Shown: one piece after another, positions 12,894 through 25,597 of the stretch
How positions within the stretch are numbered: position 1 is the first letter of the stretch
Layout of the letters: every line of letters begins with the position of its first letter
Assembly: GCA_951406725.2 (NCBI GenBank)
Contig: CATOCA020000001.1
Location: 9,548,001-9,612,000, forward strand
Direction: 5' to 3'
Length of the DNA: 64,000 nt
From: Octopus vulgaris
Taxonomy: Eukaryota
The notes under the pieces: generated by a model
Database searches by the model: none
Seen by the model: the letters and a program-made list of their open reading frames with translations, nothing else
Told to the model about the DNA's origin: nothing
Program-made: the position numbers and the translations under genes

Positions 12894-15880
12894 CTTAGAA
12901 TAACTTAGAAAGGTTTTGGCCAGTATTGGCCCAGGCCATGTCTAACTTAATAGAACCACCTAGCGAAGTCTTTCAATTCAGGATTTGGGCACCAAGGCCC
13001 ATTCGAGCAGAGAGTTATTGTTTGCGGAGACATATCCGGGTGTGGCTGGTTTGTCCGGGACTGTTTGATGGAATTTGTCCAAAGAATTCTTGAATTTTGT
13101 GTGGTCAGTTTCTTTTTTGACGTGTCCTGGTGTAATGTTGAAGAGAGCGGGTCCAATTGAGGTGAAATAATTGTGCCGTATTGTTGTTATGTGATGCGAT
13201 TTAGATTTTTGTTGTGGACGGATGGCACGTTGTCCAAGCCTTGGATGTATTTTGAAGGTGATGCCAACATCATTCGGACAGTGCTGATGGAATATTTTCC
13301 ACATCATACAGATAATGTAGCGTTCACGGTGTTGTTGGAGTGAATACAGTTTCAGCTTCTCTAGTCTACCCCAGTAGTCAAGGTCTGACATGCCATCTAT
13401 CTTTTTTGTGATTGACCTTTGGGGAGCTTCAATTCTCATAATATTTTGTTTCGTGTAGGGAGACCACAGTGGACAACAGTATTCAAGGTGGGGGTCGGGC
13501 AAAAGTGAAGAAGAGAAGGATAATGGTGTGGGAATCTCTCGACTGGAAGGTTCTGAGAATCCAGGAACACATTCTGCGAGCCATGTCAAATTTGCTGCTT
13601 ATATGTGTAGCCCAGCTTATGTTGCTGTCCACTGTTACTCCCAAGTCTCTGATGTTGTTGGACGCCATGATAATTTCTCCAGAAGGAAGGGAGTATGGGA
13701 GTTTCAGAGCGTCCTCCCTTCCAAAGTGGATCAGTTCGAATTTGTCTATGTTTAGCAATATGTTGTTCTTTTCCGCCCATTGGAGAACAGCCAGTAGGTC
13801 TGACTGAAGGCTTATTCGGTCATCCACGCCATTGATGACCTTCTGGAGCTTGGAATCATCAGCGAAGGTTCTGATGTTACTGTGTTTGATGGTGTCAGTA
13901 ATATCATTTATGTAGATGATGAAGAGAAGTGGGCCCAACACAGTGCCTTGTGGGACACCACTGCTGACTTTGGCTGGGCTGGATTTGACTCCTTCGACTA
14001 CAACATGTTGGGTTCTGTTAGACAGGAAGCACTTGATCCACTGTAGCAGCTTTCTAGTGACACCAATATTAGACAGCTTTCTCAAAAGGATCTTATGATC
14101 AAACCTGTCAAAGGCCTTGCTGAAATCAAGGTAGATGACATCAGTGTTGGAACCCTCTCCCAAGGCTCTGAAAACGTCATCAAAATGATGCAGTAGCTGC
14201 GTCAGGCAATCCCTTCCATTACGGAATCCATGCTGGTTGGAGTTCAGCATATCATGACTCTCAAGGAAGTGAGTCATACGCGATCTCAGCACTCTCTCAA
14301 ATACCATAATGATATGAGAGGTGAGTGAGATTGGACGGTAATTCACGGCAAGCGATTTGTTTCCTTTTTTGAAAACTGGGAATACAAACTGGGATAGGTC
14401 TTCTGGTATATATCCAGCATCCAGTGAGTTCCGCCACAGATTGGCTCGAGTGGGTGCAAGTTGGTGTTGACACATCTTCAAGACACAAGCAGGGAACCTA
14501 TCGGGACCTACTGCTGATTTATGCTTCATTTCCTTTATTGCTGCTAAGACATCAGTAGCACCAAAGGTTATGTCCGATAAAGTGTACTGGGGAGTAACAT
14601 CACTGATACAGACCAGATCAGTGATATCAGGATTGCTGAAAACAGAGCAGTATTGTTTCTGCAATATCTCTCCCATGGTTTTGGCATTGTCTTGAAGAGT
14701 ACCATTTTCATCAATCAGAGGGCCAACAGTAGAACCAGTGACTCTGTGTTTTTTTGCAAATGAAAAGAATACTTTGGGATTGAGTTTGATCTTCTCAATG
14801 GCCCAGGCCTCTTCAGCTCTTCGCTGACTATTGATGATAGACATAATGTTGTTTTGGAGTTTATGTTTTTTAATCTCTAGCGACGAGATGGCAGTCAGGT
14901 TGGTGTGTTGCTGTTGACAGTATTTCAGCTCGTTGATTTTTTTTGTTAATTCTTTTAATTTTCCTGATGAGAGATTTTCTATTTCTAGGGATTCGACACT
15001 TAGATTTGTTTGCAGATCTTAATGGGGTGTGGTTTGCACATATGTTCGTAATGGTGTCTACAAATGACTGCCAGGACTTTTTGATGTTAGTGGGTGTGTA
15101 TGTGTGCGTGAAGGACCAATCGACTTGTGCAAGATCATTATTGATCGCTTCCCAGTTTGCATTGTGGAAATCCATAGTGTCAAATGGATGAACAGGAGGG
15201 ATGACATTTGTTTTGCATTTTGGCCGGTGAAATCTCAGATCACAGAGAACCATGTCATGGTCGGAGAGTAAAGTTTTCTCCACTGCAATATTGTGGATAG
15301 TATCAGTGTGATTGCTGAAAATTAAGTCTAAGACGTTTTTGTGACATCTCGTTGGTTCGAGCACCAGTTGGGACAGGAAGAAATCATCCATGAAGTCAAG
15401 AAGCGATTCCACTGCCTCCCTGTCAGGGGTTGAGAGAGAAGAACCTGGCGGCAGACTGTTTGTAGACCAGTCAACCCCGGGAAGGTTGAAGTCTCCCGTC
15501 ATTAAAATGTTGTCAGGTTGACACTGCTGAATGAAACACTTTATGTTGTTGAGGCATTCCTTGAAGCATGGTAGGGGCGTATGGGGTGGTCTGTAGAGCC
15601 CAACTACTGTTAAGTTGTTGGTTTGACTGAATATAGCGACTGCTTCGCAGTATCCATTGGAAAATATGTTCATAGCTTCTGTTGAGAATGAATCATGAAC
15701 ATAAATGGCAGTCCCACCCTTTCTTCTGCCAGCACGATCAGCACGAATGGCTTTGAAATTTTTAACTTTCACCTCGGCTTCCAAGTGGAGGTCACTAAGA
15801 TGGGTTTCAGTGAGGACGAAGAAAGGGATGTGGTTTGGATGGGCATCGATCCAGTCCTCCAGGAATTTTATCTTCCATTT
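12891..15880 (-). pseudogene. Decayed CR1-group LINE, family B (APE + RT)
   Basis: Fragments 14870-15784 (GGTAIY, YRPP, GDFN, SDH), 13483-14844 (YRPISLTS, DFSKAFD, FADDSK) and 12978-13589. Tail (TTCTAAGTTA)2. Confidence 0.95.
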
Positions 15881-15884
15881 TTGA

Positions 15885-15926
<42 letters not shown>

Positions 15927-15968
15927 GGGTATATACCTACATATATATATATAAAATTATAAATTTAT

Positions 15969-16035
<67 letters not shown>

Positions 16036-16616
16036 CAGAAATACATGCATTCATACATATACACGTGTATATACCCACATACGCATATATACTATCTAAA
16101 ACAAAATAAAAACCTGATCATGTCCAAAGGGTAGTACTAGATATGGTGAGTACTTTACATAGTTTTCGGGTGTAATTAAATGTAAATTATAATGTTTATT
16201 TGTTAAAGTTAACAGCAGAAAATTTGCATGCGTATGTTTGTATCTTCCTGCGCGAATGCAAGTGTGCCCTTCGCATCAAAAACAAACGCGCCTACATCTT
16301 AAACTGTCATGCCTTTTATCAATATGTCAAGGGAAGTAACTCTAAAAGTTGATTTTCAGTTATCTCCTTACTGATGTAGTTAAAAGAATATAAACTTTTC
16401 TGGTTATTTTCTATTTTACACACTTAATTTTTCAATTATTTGACTGCGGCCATGGTGGAGCAATGCCTTTATTCGTGCAAATCGACCCCAGGACTTATAC
16501 TTTGTAGGCCTAGTATTTAAACTATCGGTCCCTTTTCCCGAACCGCTAAGTTCGGGGAATTGTACACACCAGCACCCGTTGTCCAACGATGTTCGAGAAA
16601 TAAACAGACATTACAA

Positions 16617-16680
<64 letters not shown>

Positions 16681-16989
16681 GTATATATATATACATATAT
16701 ATATATATATTCCATGCCGCAGCAGCGCCTTTATTCGCGAAATTCGAACCCAATACTTATTTTTTGTAGGCCTAGTATTTAATCTATTTTCTCTTTTGAC
16801 GAAACGCTAAGTTACGGGGACATGAACACACCAGCACCGGTTGTCAAGCGGTGTCGGGGGATAAACAGACATACAAACGTGTATATATATATATATATAT
16901 ACATCACTGTCAATAATATTCTTGTTTGGAAATACTAAATACATCATAAACTATGTACTACAGACATTACACAACATATGTACTATATT

Positions 16990-17113
16990 TTATAAGCGAT
17001 TTAAAAGAAAACACAAAAACCGTTAGATTCACTTCAACATTTCATTTTAATTTGTTGAAATCTTTTCGTCACTTTCCGACCGTGACCTGTTCACTGACAA
17101 AGCTTCATATGTA

Positions 17114-17144
<31 letters not shown>

Positions 17145-17337
17145 TACGGAGATGTACTTGCATAGCAAGTGACTTGATCTGAGATCGTGTGCTGGAACGA
17201 AAATAATTGCAGCGTGGAAGGTGTTTATAAGCGATTTAAGAAACACACAAAAACCGTTAGATTCACTTCAACATTTCAATTGAATTTGTTCAAATCTTTT
17301 CCTCACTTTCCGACCGTGACCTGTTCACTGACAAAGC

Positions 17338-17374
<37 letters not shown>

Positions 17375-17548
17375 CGGAGATGTACTTGCATAGCAAGTGA
17401 CTTGATCTGAGATCGTGTGCTGGAACGAAAACAATTGCAGCGTGGAAGGTGTTTATAAGCGATTTAAGAAACACACAAAAACCGTTAGATTCACTGCAAC
17501 ATTTCAATTGAATTTGTTCAAATCTTTTCGTCGCTTTCAGACGGCGAC
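16990..17548 (-). repeat. Tandem ~230-bp repeat separated by (TA)n, carrying variant hammerhead motifs
   Basis: The unit ttacggagatgtacttgcatagcaagtg...gacctgttcactgacaaagc is repeated. It is inverted relative to 18860-19745. Confidence 0.8.
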
Positions 17549-18708
17549 CTACATTGTCCTGTCAGATTCAGGTGGATTGATCGGTTCTGCGACCCTTTCG
17601 GGTCAATTAGAGGTCGTTCTAAACACCCCTTGAAGAGAAGGACAGGCAGAGAGTATGGTAGAGCTGTCATGAGAGGGTGATAGGCAGCAGGCGATAGAGA
17701 TAGAGTAAGGAATCTTATAGCAGATAGAGAGGGTATTGGCAGTAAGAGAGGATGAGGGGAAGAGAGAAGAAAAGTAGTGAGAGAGATAGAGTATAAGGCT
17801 AAGGGACAGATGTGAGGAAGAATTAGCAGTGAGAGAGGATGAGGGGCAGAGAAGGACAGGCAGAGAGTATGGTAGAGCTGTCATGAGAGGGTGATAGGCA
17901 GCAGGCGATAGAGATAGAGTAAAGAATCAGAGAGCAGATAGAAAGGCTATAAGCGGTAGAGACAGAGGGAGATGAGGGAGTGGAAGTCAGGACAAGGAAG
18001 TGAGGTTTTGGGCAGTGGGAGTCGGTCGTCAGAGAATCTTGGGAGCGAGCGATGGGATGCAGGAGTTTGGCAGGCTGGATTTAGCGGTACGGAGAGATGG
18101 AGGTGCAATAATGGGACGCTGGCGATTCAATTAGGAATTAAGGTATTTAATTGTATTGATACGTGTTACGATGTAAAAGAAAAGAAAGAGAAAAGAAGAG
18201 AGAAAAAGAAGGACTCTGATGTAGACGATAATGAACTTTGAACGACTAATACATACTAATACATACACCAACCCTATACATACACACGTCCAGACCTCTC
18301 ATACGCACTTATACTCTCTCATACACACACACACACACTTATACATACTAATACGTACTAATACATACTAATACATACTAATACATACACCAACCCCATA
18401 GATACGCACGTCCAGACCTCTAATACGCACTAATACTCTCTCACACACACACACACACACCCTTATACATACTAATACATACTAATACATACACCAACCC
18501 TATACATACACACGTCCAGACCCCTCCTACGCACTAATAGCTGGTCATTCAACCCTATTATCAACCCTATTATCTCCCCTTATTTCGCTCTCGCGTCTCA
18601 TGTTTGATCTTTGACCTCTGGCCGAAATCAGATCGCCATGTTGATTCGTTAGTTACTGCACGCATTTTTTTTCTCTCCTTCTTTCTGTGTTTTTTTTCTC
18701 TCTGTGTA

Positions 18709-18746
18709 TCTTTCTGTTGAAGAGCGTAGGCTCGAAACGTTAAAGA
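18709..18746 (+). ncRNA. Hammerhead-like motif with atypical core (CUGUUGA-A) and loopless stem III
   Basis: TCTTT-CTGTTGA-A-GAGC-GTAG-GCTC-GAAAC-GTT/AAAGA. Stems I and II pair perfectly but A6 is U. Confidence 0.45.
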
Positions 18747-18859
18747 CTTGTTTTATTTATATTTCCTGAGCGCCATACTAATACAATTGTTTGTTTGTTT
18801 TCCACCTGCCTTCGTCTTTTGTCTATTTTCATAAAGCTTCCCGTTATATATATATATAT

Positions 18860-19274
18860 ATATGAAGTTTGTCAGTGAACAGGTCACCGTCTCAAAGCGA
18901 CGAATATATTTGGACATCTAACGGTTTTTTGTGTTTCAGTTAAATGGTAAACACCGTCCATGCTGAAAGTTTTCGTTCCAGCACACGATATCAGATCAGG
19001 ACTTCTAACGTATATATATATGTATATATATGTATATATATAATATAATATATTATATATATATATATATATGAAGCTTTGTCAGTGAACAGGTCACCGT
19101 CTCAAAGCGACGAAAATATTTGACATCTAACGGTTTTTGTGTGTTTCTTAAATGGCTTATAAACACCTTCCATGCTGAAATTGTTTTCGTTCCAGCACAC
19201 GATATCAGATCAGGTCACTTGCTATGCAAGTACATCTCCGTAATATATATATGTATATATATGTATATATATAC

Positions 19275-19305
<31 letters not shown>

Positions 19306-19477
19306 ATATGAAGCTTTGTCAGTGAAAGGTCACCGTCTCAAAGCGACGAAAATATTTGGACATCTAACGGTTTTTGTGTGTTTCTTAAATGGCTTATAAA
19401 CACCTTCCATGCTGAAATTGTTTTCGTTCCAGCACACGATATCAGATCAGGTCACTTGCTATGCAAGTACATCTCCG

Positions 19478-19547
<70 letters not shown>

Positions 19548-19745
19548 TAAGCTTTGTCAGTGAACAGGTCGCGGTCGGAAAGCGACGAAAATATTTTAAC
19601 AAATTCAATTTAAATGTTGAAGTGAATCTAACGGTTTTTGTGTGTTTCTTAAATCGCTTATAAACACCTTCCACGCTGCAATTATTTTCGTTCCAGCACA
19701 CGATCTCAGATCAGGTCACTTGCTATGCAAGTACATCTCCGTAAT
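18860..19745 (+). repeat. Four tandem copies of the ~230-bp repeat with variant hammerhead motifs
   Basis: The tttgtcagtgaa(c)aggtc motif starts at 18868, 19078, 19315 and 19553. Confidence 0.8.
19553..19603 (+). ncRNA. Type I hammerhead variant with G3-C8 swapped core
   Basis: TTTGTCA-GTGAACA-G-GTCGC-GGTCGGAAA-GCGAC-GAAAATATTT/TAACAAA. The copy at 19078-19125 has stem I TGTCA/TGACA. Confidence 0.65.
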
Positions 19746-19994
19746 GTACTTTATTGCTACACAGAAATAAGTAAAAAAAAAAAAAACCAAGAAAAAACAT
19801 TTTCTAGTAAAAAAATTGTTTTATTGAATTAGAAAAAAATTCATTTTAATTAACAATAAAACAAATCAGTAAATCCGGGAATCTTGTTAGTGTTTGTTGT
19901 ATTGGTTGCAGTACTGGTACTATCAGTGGTATTGTCTTGGTGGTAGTTGTTCCTAGGGATTCTCATGTTGCTGTAACTAGTAGTAGTAGTAATT

Positions 19995-21175
19995 AGTTAG
20001 ATAATTAGTTAGTTAGTTAGTTAGTTCATTTTTTGGCTCAAAAAGCAAAAAGCAAGGCCATGTAGGGGGGACATGGAGTTATGTACAGGGTGGTGTTCAT
20101 GTAAAGAGTTCAGGCCATTTCTGGTCAAGGGAGACTTTGAACCGAGCGGTCGTCAGCATCTTCACCATCTCGTCCGGAAGCTTGTTCCACGGATCCGCAA
20201 CCCGGACGGAGAAAGACCCTCTCCTTCGACTGAGATGAGATCGTCGCAGATAGAGCTTTTCGGAGTGACCCCGCAACCTACGCTCTGGAGCAGGAGTGAA
20301 GAACAGCTCTTTCGAGAGGTTACACTTTCCGCTTATGATGTTGTGAGCAAGAATGAGATCACCACGGCGTCGTCTAGGGGGTATGGAGAAAATCAGGTGT
20401 AGTGTTGGCGAATCTCAGGAAGCATGGAAGTTTTGAAGGATGCAGTGCTCCGACAACTAACAACTGATACCGGCAGTTTGTTCCATGCTTCAGCGTGTGT
20501 ATGGAGGGGAGAAGATCAGGTGTAGTGTTGGCGAATCTCAGGAAGCATGGAAGTTTTTTTGAAGGATGCAGTGCTCCGAACAACTAACAACTGATGCCGG
20601 CAGTTTGTTCCATGCTTCAGCAACTCTCAGCGTGAAAAAATGTTTCCTGAAGTCATGGGAGCTGTGCTGTTTTCTGACTTTCTAAATATGACCACGGGTG
20701 TTAGATGGGTGGAGTTTGAAAAGGTGCTCAGAGTTATTGTTTGTAAGATGGTTAATAATTTTATGGGTGTCTGCCAAGTCAGCTGCCAGACGTCGGAGTT
20801 TCAATGTATCCATGCCCAGGGAAGTAAGGCGTTCAGAATATGGCAAATTCCTGATGGAGGTTATTCTTTTGGTTGCACATCGCTGAACGGCTTCCAGACG
20901 ATTGATATCCTGGGCAAGAAAGGGGTTCCAGACCGGTGATGCAAATTCCAGGTGAGATCTTACCATAGCTATATAAAGTCGCAGATAGATAGTCGGAGAG
21001 CGGCTCACAAAGGACTTGGTGAGTGATGCCAAGACACCCTCAGCCGTCTTGGCAATTTTAGCAATGTGTTTTGTCCAACACGAATCTCTGTCGACAATAA
21101 TACCCAGGTCACGTTCACAAGAAGACTTTTTGAGATTAGTGTTGTGGAGGGAGTAATTGGACGCTGGGTAGTAAA
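19995..21175 (-). mobile_element. Two further CR1/L2-group LINE 3' fragments
   Basis: ORF 20682-21206 has ERDLG, HLEFASPVWNP and LEAVQRCATK. (TAAC)n tail near 19995-20025. Internal ~120-bp duplication at 20380-20610. Confidence 0.8.
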
Positions 21176-21399
21176 AAATATATGTAAAAGAAGGAAGGAA
21201 AATCAATGTTTTTTCGTCCTATCTTCCGTTGTCACTTTCCGTGATGAATATTTTAATTATTATTGTTGAAGCTGTTGTTCTTGCATTTGTTGTTGTTGTT
21301 ATAGCAATTGCTGCTGATTTTTTGTCTTTCCAAGCCTAGCCTATTCTAACCCTTGGGCCCGGTTTCCCGGTTTCTGTGGCGTATGTTGTTGTTGTTGTT

Positions 21400-21832
21400 G
21401 GGGCGAAAAATAGGGGTCGCACCGATTGCTGCCTCTGAGCTTTTAGGTGTTTTCGCTCAATAAACACACACAACGCCCGGTCTGGGAATCGAAACCGCGA
21501 TCCTCCGACCACGAATCCGCTGCCCTAACCACTGGGCCATTGCGCCCAGATATATATATATATATATTTCCCGGTTTCTACCGTGATCGACCGGTCAGAT
21601 GTGTTACCATCCTGGTCACACCCTCTGCGTTACCCAAGAAACAGGAAGAAAGTAGGAGAGAAAGTTGGGGCGAAGAAAATACAACAGGGGTCGCCACCGA
21701 CCCCTGCCGGAGCCTCGTGGAGCTTTTAGGTGTTTTCGCTCAATAAACACTCACAACGCCCGGTCTGGGAATCGAAACCGCGATCCTCCGACCACGAATC
21801 CACTGCCCTAACCACTGGGCCATTGCGCCTCC

Positions 21833-21931
<99 letters not shown>

Positions 21932-22562
21932 ATATATATATATATCGCTCAAGTGAAGCACCGTGATGACGACCAGGGTATCAGATGTTGATCCGACATC
22001 AACTGGTCACAGCCTGCCCGTGAAATTACCGTGTAAGTGGCTCGAAGCACTCCACCAGACACGTGGCTAGTTCTCGGGGATATTCAGCGCCAACAGAAGA
22101 AAGAGTGACAACAGGGGTCGCCAGCGACCCCTGCCGGAGCCTCGTGGAGCTTTTAGGAATGTTTTCGCTCAATAAACACACACAACGCCCGGTCTGGGAA
22201 TCGAAACCGCGATCCTCCGACCACGAATCCGCTGCCCTAACCACTGGGCCATTGCGCCTCCACAAAATAAATTCGCCCATTTCAAGCCTAGCCGGGCTCA
22301 TGGCCGGGTTTCCCGGTTTCTGTGGCGTATGTGACCCCCACCCCAGCAGGACGGGACGTTACCCAAGAAACAGAAAGAGAGAGTGAGAGAAAGTTGTGGC
22401 AAATGAGTACAACAGGGGTCGCCACCACCCCCTGCCGGAGCCTCGTGGAGCTTTTAGGCGTTTTCGCTCAATAAACACACACAACGCCCGGTCTGGGAAT
22501 CGAAACCGCGATCCTCCGACCACGAATCCGCTGCCCTAACCACCGGGCCATTGCGCATCCAC
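21400..22562 (-). mobile_element. Cluster of four partial tRNA-derived SINE copies (family B)
   Basis: Minus-strand head GGAGGCGCAATGGCCCAGTGGTTAGGGCAG...GTTTCGATTCC. A full copy lies at 57700-58082. Confidence 0.85.
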
Positions 22563-22628
22563 TGCAGTTTTTTTTTAGTGTTCTTGCTATTGCTGGAGTC
22601 GTCGAGAATTCAAATAGCTTTGTGCTTC

Positions 22629-22671
<43 letters not shown>

Positions 22672-22728
22672 AGGTGTGTTTCAATGAAAATTCAATAAAA
22701 GTAGATGTGGAAGGAACATTGGTGGAGC

Positions 22729-22812
22729 TTAAAAGACTTCGTCCTGTTTCGGGTGCACAGTAAAGGCTCCGCGGCCCCGGAAGTACTTGGACCCTTTATC
22801 GAGAGCAGTCGA
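22729..22812 (-). CDS. DCLK: Doublecortin-like kinase, terminal coding exon (STALDKGSKYFRGRGAFTVHPKQDEVF*)
   Basis: tttttgcag acceptor, phase 0, TAA at 22729-22731. STALDK corresponds to TTALDK in vertebrate DCLK1. Confidence 0.85.
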   Translation of the reverse strand, partial: STALDKGSKYFRGRGAFTVHPKQDEVF

Positions 22813-22920
22813 CTGCAAAAAAAAACAAAAAAAACAAAAAATAAAAAAATAAATAAATAAAAAAGCAATAAAAAACGTAAAACTGTTTCAATTCCATTTT
22901 TTTAATGAAAAAAAAAATTC

Positions 22921-23780
22921 GTTTCAGTCATTTCACTGCGGCCATGCTGGAGCACCGCCTGCCTTTAGCCGAGCAAATCGACCCCGGGACTTATTCTTTG
23001 TAAGCCCAGTACTTATTCTATCGGTCTCTCTTTGCCGAACCGCTAAGTAACGCTAGGGGGGGACAAACACAGACACACAAACACAGACACACACACTTAT
23101 ATATATATATACATATATACGACAGGCTTCTTTCAGTTTCCGTCTACCAAATCCACTCACAAGGCTTTATATATATATATACTCTTTTACTCTTTTACTT
23201 GTTTCAGTCATTTGACAGCGGCATGCTGGAGCACCGCCTTTAGTCGAGCAAATCGACCCGGGACTTATTCTTTGTTAGCCCAGTACTTATTCTATCGGTC
23301 TCTTTTGCCGAACCGCTAAGTGACGGGGACGTAAACACACCAGCATCGACCCTGGGACTTATTCTTTGTAAGCCCAGTACTTATTCTATCGGTCTCTTTT
23401 GCCGAACCGCTAAGTGACGGGGACGTAAACACACCAGCATCGACCCTGGGACTTATTCTTTGTAAGCCCAGTACTTATTCTATCGGTCTCTTTTGCCGAA
23501 CCGCTAAGTGACGGGGACGTAAACACACCAGCATCGACCCCGGGACTTATTCTTTGTAAGCCCAGTACTTATTCTATCGGTCTCTTTTGCCGAACCGCTA
23601 AGTGACGGGGACGTAAACACACCAGCATCGACCCTGGGACTTATTCTTTGTAAGCCCAGTACTTATTCTATCGGTCTCTTTTGCCGAACCGCTAGGTGAC
23701 GGGGACGTAAACACACCAGCATCGACCCTGGGACTTATTCTTTGTAAGCCCAGTACTTATTCTATCGGTCTCTTTTGCCG
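22921..23780 (-). repeat. SINE family A fragments followed by ~5 x 94-bp tandem repeats of a SINE internal segment
   Basis: The unit cgaccc(t/c)gggacttattctttgtaagcccag...acaccagcat repeats from about 23255 to 23780. Confidence 0.85.
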
Positions 23781-23851
23781 CGTATGTACTAGCAAAAATG
23801 CGTGTGTGCAACAAACTAGAAAAAATTGCGAGGATGGTGAAAAGGATAATG

Positions 23852-23923
23852 TGGGACCTGCGCAGGTTTCAGATTTTTCAAGATATGTCTGCCCACATAT
23901 ACTTGATCTATCTTCATCAGCCA
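23852..23923 (-). ncRNA. Type I hammerhead ribozyme (sense to DCLK intron)
   Basis: Minus strand reads TGG-CTGATGA-AGAT..TCAAG.ATATG..CATAT.CTTGA..ATCT-GAAAC-CTGCGCAG-GTC/CCA. Confidence 0.88.
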
Positions 23924-24525
23924 AACATATACCACGACAACCTTTCAGATGTTACCACATTAATGCCATTACACTCGACTGAAACGCCGAAACGCTAACA
24001 GCACGAGAACGGTGAAGAAGTTTCAATAAATTAGTAATGCAATACTAGAGTATTGCTTTCCAGTAAAGAATAGCCCGTGAGGGGAAAATATACAAAGAAG
24101 TAAATATATGGCACAACGAAGTACCGATATTTACTGGAAATAGCGAACGTAATAATACGACGCTAATGTATAGCTTCACCGCGTATGTAATAGCAAAAAT
24201 GTTCTCCCTGGAGGTAAGACAATTTTTTTCAAGTTTGTTGCACACACGCATTTTTGCTAGTACATACGCGGTGAAGCTATACATTAGCGTCGTATTATTA
24301 CGTTCGCTATTTCCAGTAAATATCGGTACTTCGTTGTGCCATATATTTACTTCTTTGTATATTTTCCCTCACGGGCTATTCTTTACTGGAAAGCAATACT
24401 CTAGTATTGCATTACTAATTTATTGAAACTTCTTCACCGTTCTCGTGCTGTTAGCGTTTCGGCGTTTCAGTCGAGTGTAATGGCATTAATGTGGTAACAT
24501 CTGAAAGGTTGTCGTGGTATATGTT

Positions 24526-24597
24526 TGGCTGATGAAGATAGATCAAGTATATGTGGGCAGGCATATCTTGAAAAATCTGAAACCGGCGCCGGTCCCA
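24526..24597 (+). ncRNA. Type I hammerhead ribozyme
   Basis: TGG-CTGATGA (24529-24535)-AGAT...ATCT-GAAAC-CGGCGCCG-GTC/CCA. Predicted cleavage after C24594. Confidence 0.88.
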
Positions 24598-24779
24598 TAT
24601 TATCCTTTTCTAGGTATTTCATCTTTCAGATGTTCTCCCTGGAGGTAAGACAATTTTTTTCAAGTTTGTTGCACACACGCATTTTTGCTAGTACATACGC
24701 GGTGAAGCTATACATTAGCGTCGTATTATTACGTTCGCTATTTCCAGTAAATATCGGTACTTCGTTGTGCCATTTATTT

Positions 24780-24869
<90 letters not shown>

Positions 24870-25089
24870 GTATGTGTGTGTGTTTGTGTGTCTGTGTTTG
24901 TCCCCCTAGCATTGCTTGACAACCGATGCTGGTGTGTTTATGTCCCTGTCACTTAGCGGTTCGGCAAAAGAGATCGATAGAATAAGTACTAGGCTCACAA
25001 AGAATAAGTCCCGGGGTCGAGTTGCTCGATTAAAGGCGGTGCTCCAACATGGCCGCAGTCAAATGACTGAAACAAGTAAAAACAAGAAA

Positions 25090-25278
25090 ATTCCTGGAGA
25101 AGGACATCATGCTCGGAATGGTCAGTGGCAACAGGGGCCGACCAAGATCCCGTTGGCTTGACACCATCAAGAGTGACACGGGAATGGACATAGCCAACCT
25201 GAAAGAAGCGACCCAGGATAGAACTGCCTGGGGGACACTGATCCAACGAGTAACCGAGAGTCAACTTCGACTGAGCGG
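25090..25278 (+). mobile_element. RTE-clade LINE 3' fragment running into (GATA)n
   Basis: Translates as [30 protein letters not shown]...QDRTAW, typical of an RTE C-terminus. Confidence 0.75.
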
Positions 25279-25328
25279 ATAGATAGATAGATAGATAGAT
25301 AGACAGACAGACATACAGACAGACACAC

Positions 25329-25467
<139 letters not shown>

Positions 25468-25492
25468 AAGACAGACAGACAGACAGACAGAC

Positions 25493-25597
<105 letters not shown>

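Larger units (their letters stand above)
23779..24784 (+). mobile_element. ORF-less Penelope-type repeat (~431-bp unit) with 360-bp inverted copy
   Basis: 23840-24201 is inverted to 24249-24609. 24199-24353 is directly repeated at 24630-24784. Each arm has a hammerhead. Confidence 0.8.

Noticed and set aside
19800-22728. Putative DCLK 3' UTR ending at a minus-strand AATAAA near 19820-19825
   Set aside because: Plausible, but several AATAAA candidates exist and it cannot be fixed without transcript data.
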